Made by a program: the position numbers and the translations under genes. DNA of 64,000 nucleotides from the NCBI RefSeq assembly GCF_963921235.1, contig NC_086097.1, positions 178,996,001 to 179,060,000 on the forward strand, in the 5' to 3' direction. The DNA is from Mobula hypostoma. Taxonomy: Eukaryota. The notes beneath the pieces are model-generated. The model searched no databases. It saw only the letters and a program-made list of their open reading frames with translations, and was not told the origin of the DNA. Position 1 is the stretch's first letter; every line of letters begins with the position of its first letter. Below, piece by piece: positions 63,020 through 64,000 of this stretch.

Positions 63020-64000
63020 CCCACTGCAGGCACCCAAATGTTGGGATCACAAACTTTCACCTTTATATGTTAATCATCTGGATGGAGAAACTTATTGCTT
63101 TGTGACCAAGTTTGCAGAGAGTACAAAGATAAGTGGAGGGCTGGAAGTGTCACAGAGACAGGGAGCCTACAGAGGTATTGGACAGAGTGGGAGAGCGTCT
63201 AAAGAAGTGGCAGGTGGAATGAAGTGCAGGGAAGTGTGGGGTCATGCAATTTGTCTGGAAGAATGAATAAAGATATAGTGTATTTTCTAAATCGGGAGAA
63301 ATCAAAGGTGCAAAGGGACTCGGGGGAGCCTGTTCAGGTTCTCCTTAAAATTAAATTGCAGACTTAGTTGGTAGTAGGGAAGGCAAATGCAATGTGAGCA
63401 TTCATTATAACAGCACTAATATATAACTGCAAAGATGAACTGCTGAGGCCTTATAATGCGCTAGTCAGGCGGCATTTTGATATTTTAAGTAGTTTTGGGC
63501 TCTGTGTCGAAGGAATGATGTGTTGGCCCTGGAGAGAGTCCAGAGGAGGTTCACAAGACTGATCCGAAAATTAAAGGCTTAACGTATGAGAAGCATTTGA
63601 TGTCTCTGGCCTGTACCCAATACAGTTCAGAATGAGGGAGGAAATCTCATTGAAACCTCCCAGATACTGAAAGGCCTAGATAAAGTGGGGATGTAAAGGA
63701 TGTTTCCATTAATAGGAGACTTTTGATTCTAAGGCAACAGCCTCAGAATAAAGGGATATCCGTTTAAAACTGAGATGTGGATGAAATTCTTCAGCCAGAG
63801 GGTGGTGAATCTGTGGAATTCATTGCCACAGAGAGCTGTGGAAGCCAAGTCATTCAGTGTACTTAAGGTTCTGGACTGAAATGGGAGTTAAAGGTTACAT
63901 AGAGAAAGTGGGAGAATGGGGTTGAAAAGAAATCTACCATAATTAAAATGGCCATGAAGAATTAGTGGGATGAATGACCTGATTTTGCTCTTATAACTTG
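63020..64000 (+). mobile_element. Decayed CR1-type LINE RT and 3' end
   Basis: aagtttgcagagagtacaaagataagtgg (KFA..TKI), ctggagagagtccagaggaggttcacaag, ttcttcagccagagggtggtgaatctgtgg. Confidence 0.88.

Overview
Eukaryotic, repeat-dense vertebrate DNA. The repeat families (CR1/HER1-type LINEs, HE1/V-SINE-like SINEs, Rex1/Babar, Penelope) suggest a cartilaginous fish, probably a ray; this is an inference. The only host coding sequence I can support is two + strand exons (5594-5725, 10931-11046) for C-terminal C2H2 zinc fingers of a ZNF521/ZNF423-family gene, closest to ZNF521. The short terminal exon was not found, so everything after 11046 is probably one large intron. The rest is transposon- and tandem-repeat-derived: a 3.5-kb 33-bp G-rich minisatellite, a 73/75-bp tandem array, a near-intact IR/DR Tc1 (DD34E) transposon, a decayed sushi-like chromoviral Gypsy element, a Tx1-clade LINE, a young CR1, Tc1 and mariner deletion derivatives with three TIRs, and RTE-related SINEs. 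The most interesting signal is a family of short Penelope-derived fold-back elements carrying minimal hammerhead-ribozyme motifs. Also notable are a pair of identical EBF-type palindromes and several non-repetitive islands that may be regulatory. Nearly all ORFs in the supplied track are spurious or TE remnants. Family assignments are from recalled consensus motifs and by-eye alignment, not database searches, and many repeat boundaries are approximate.
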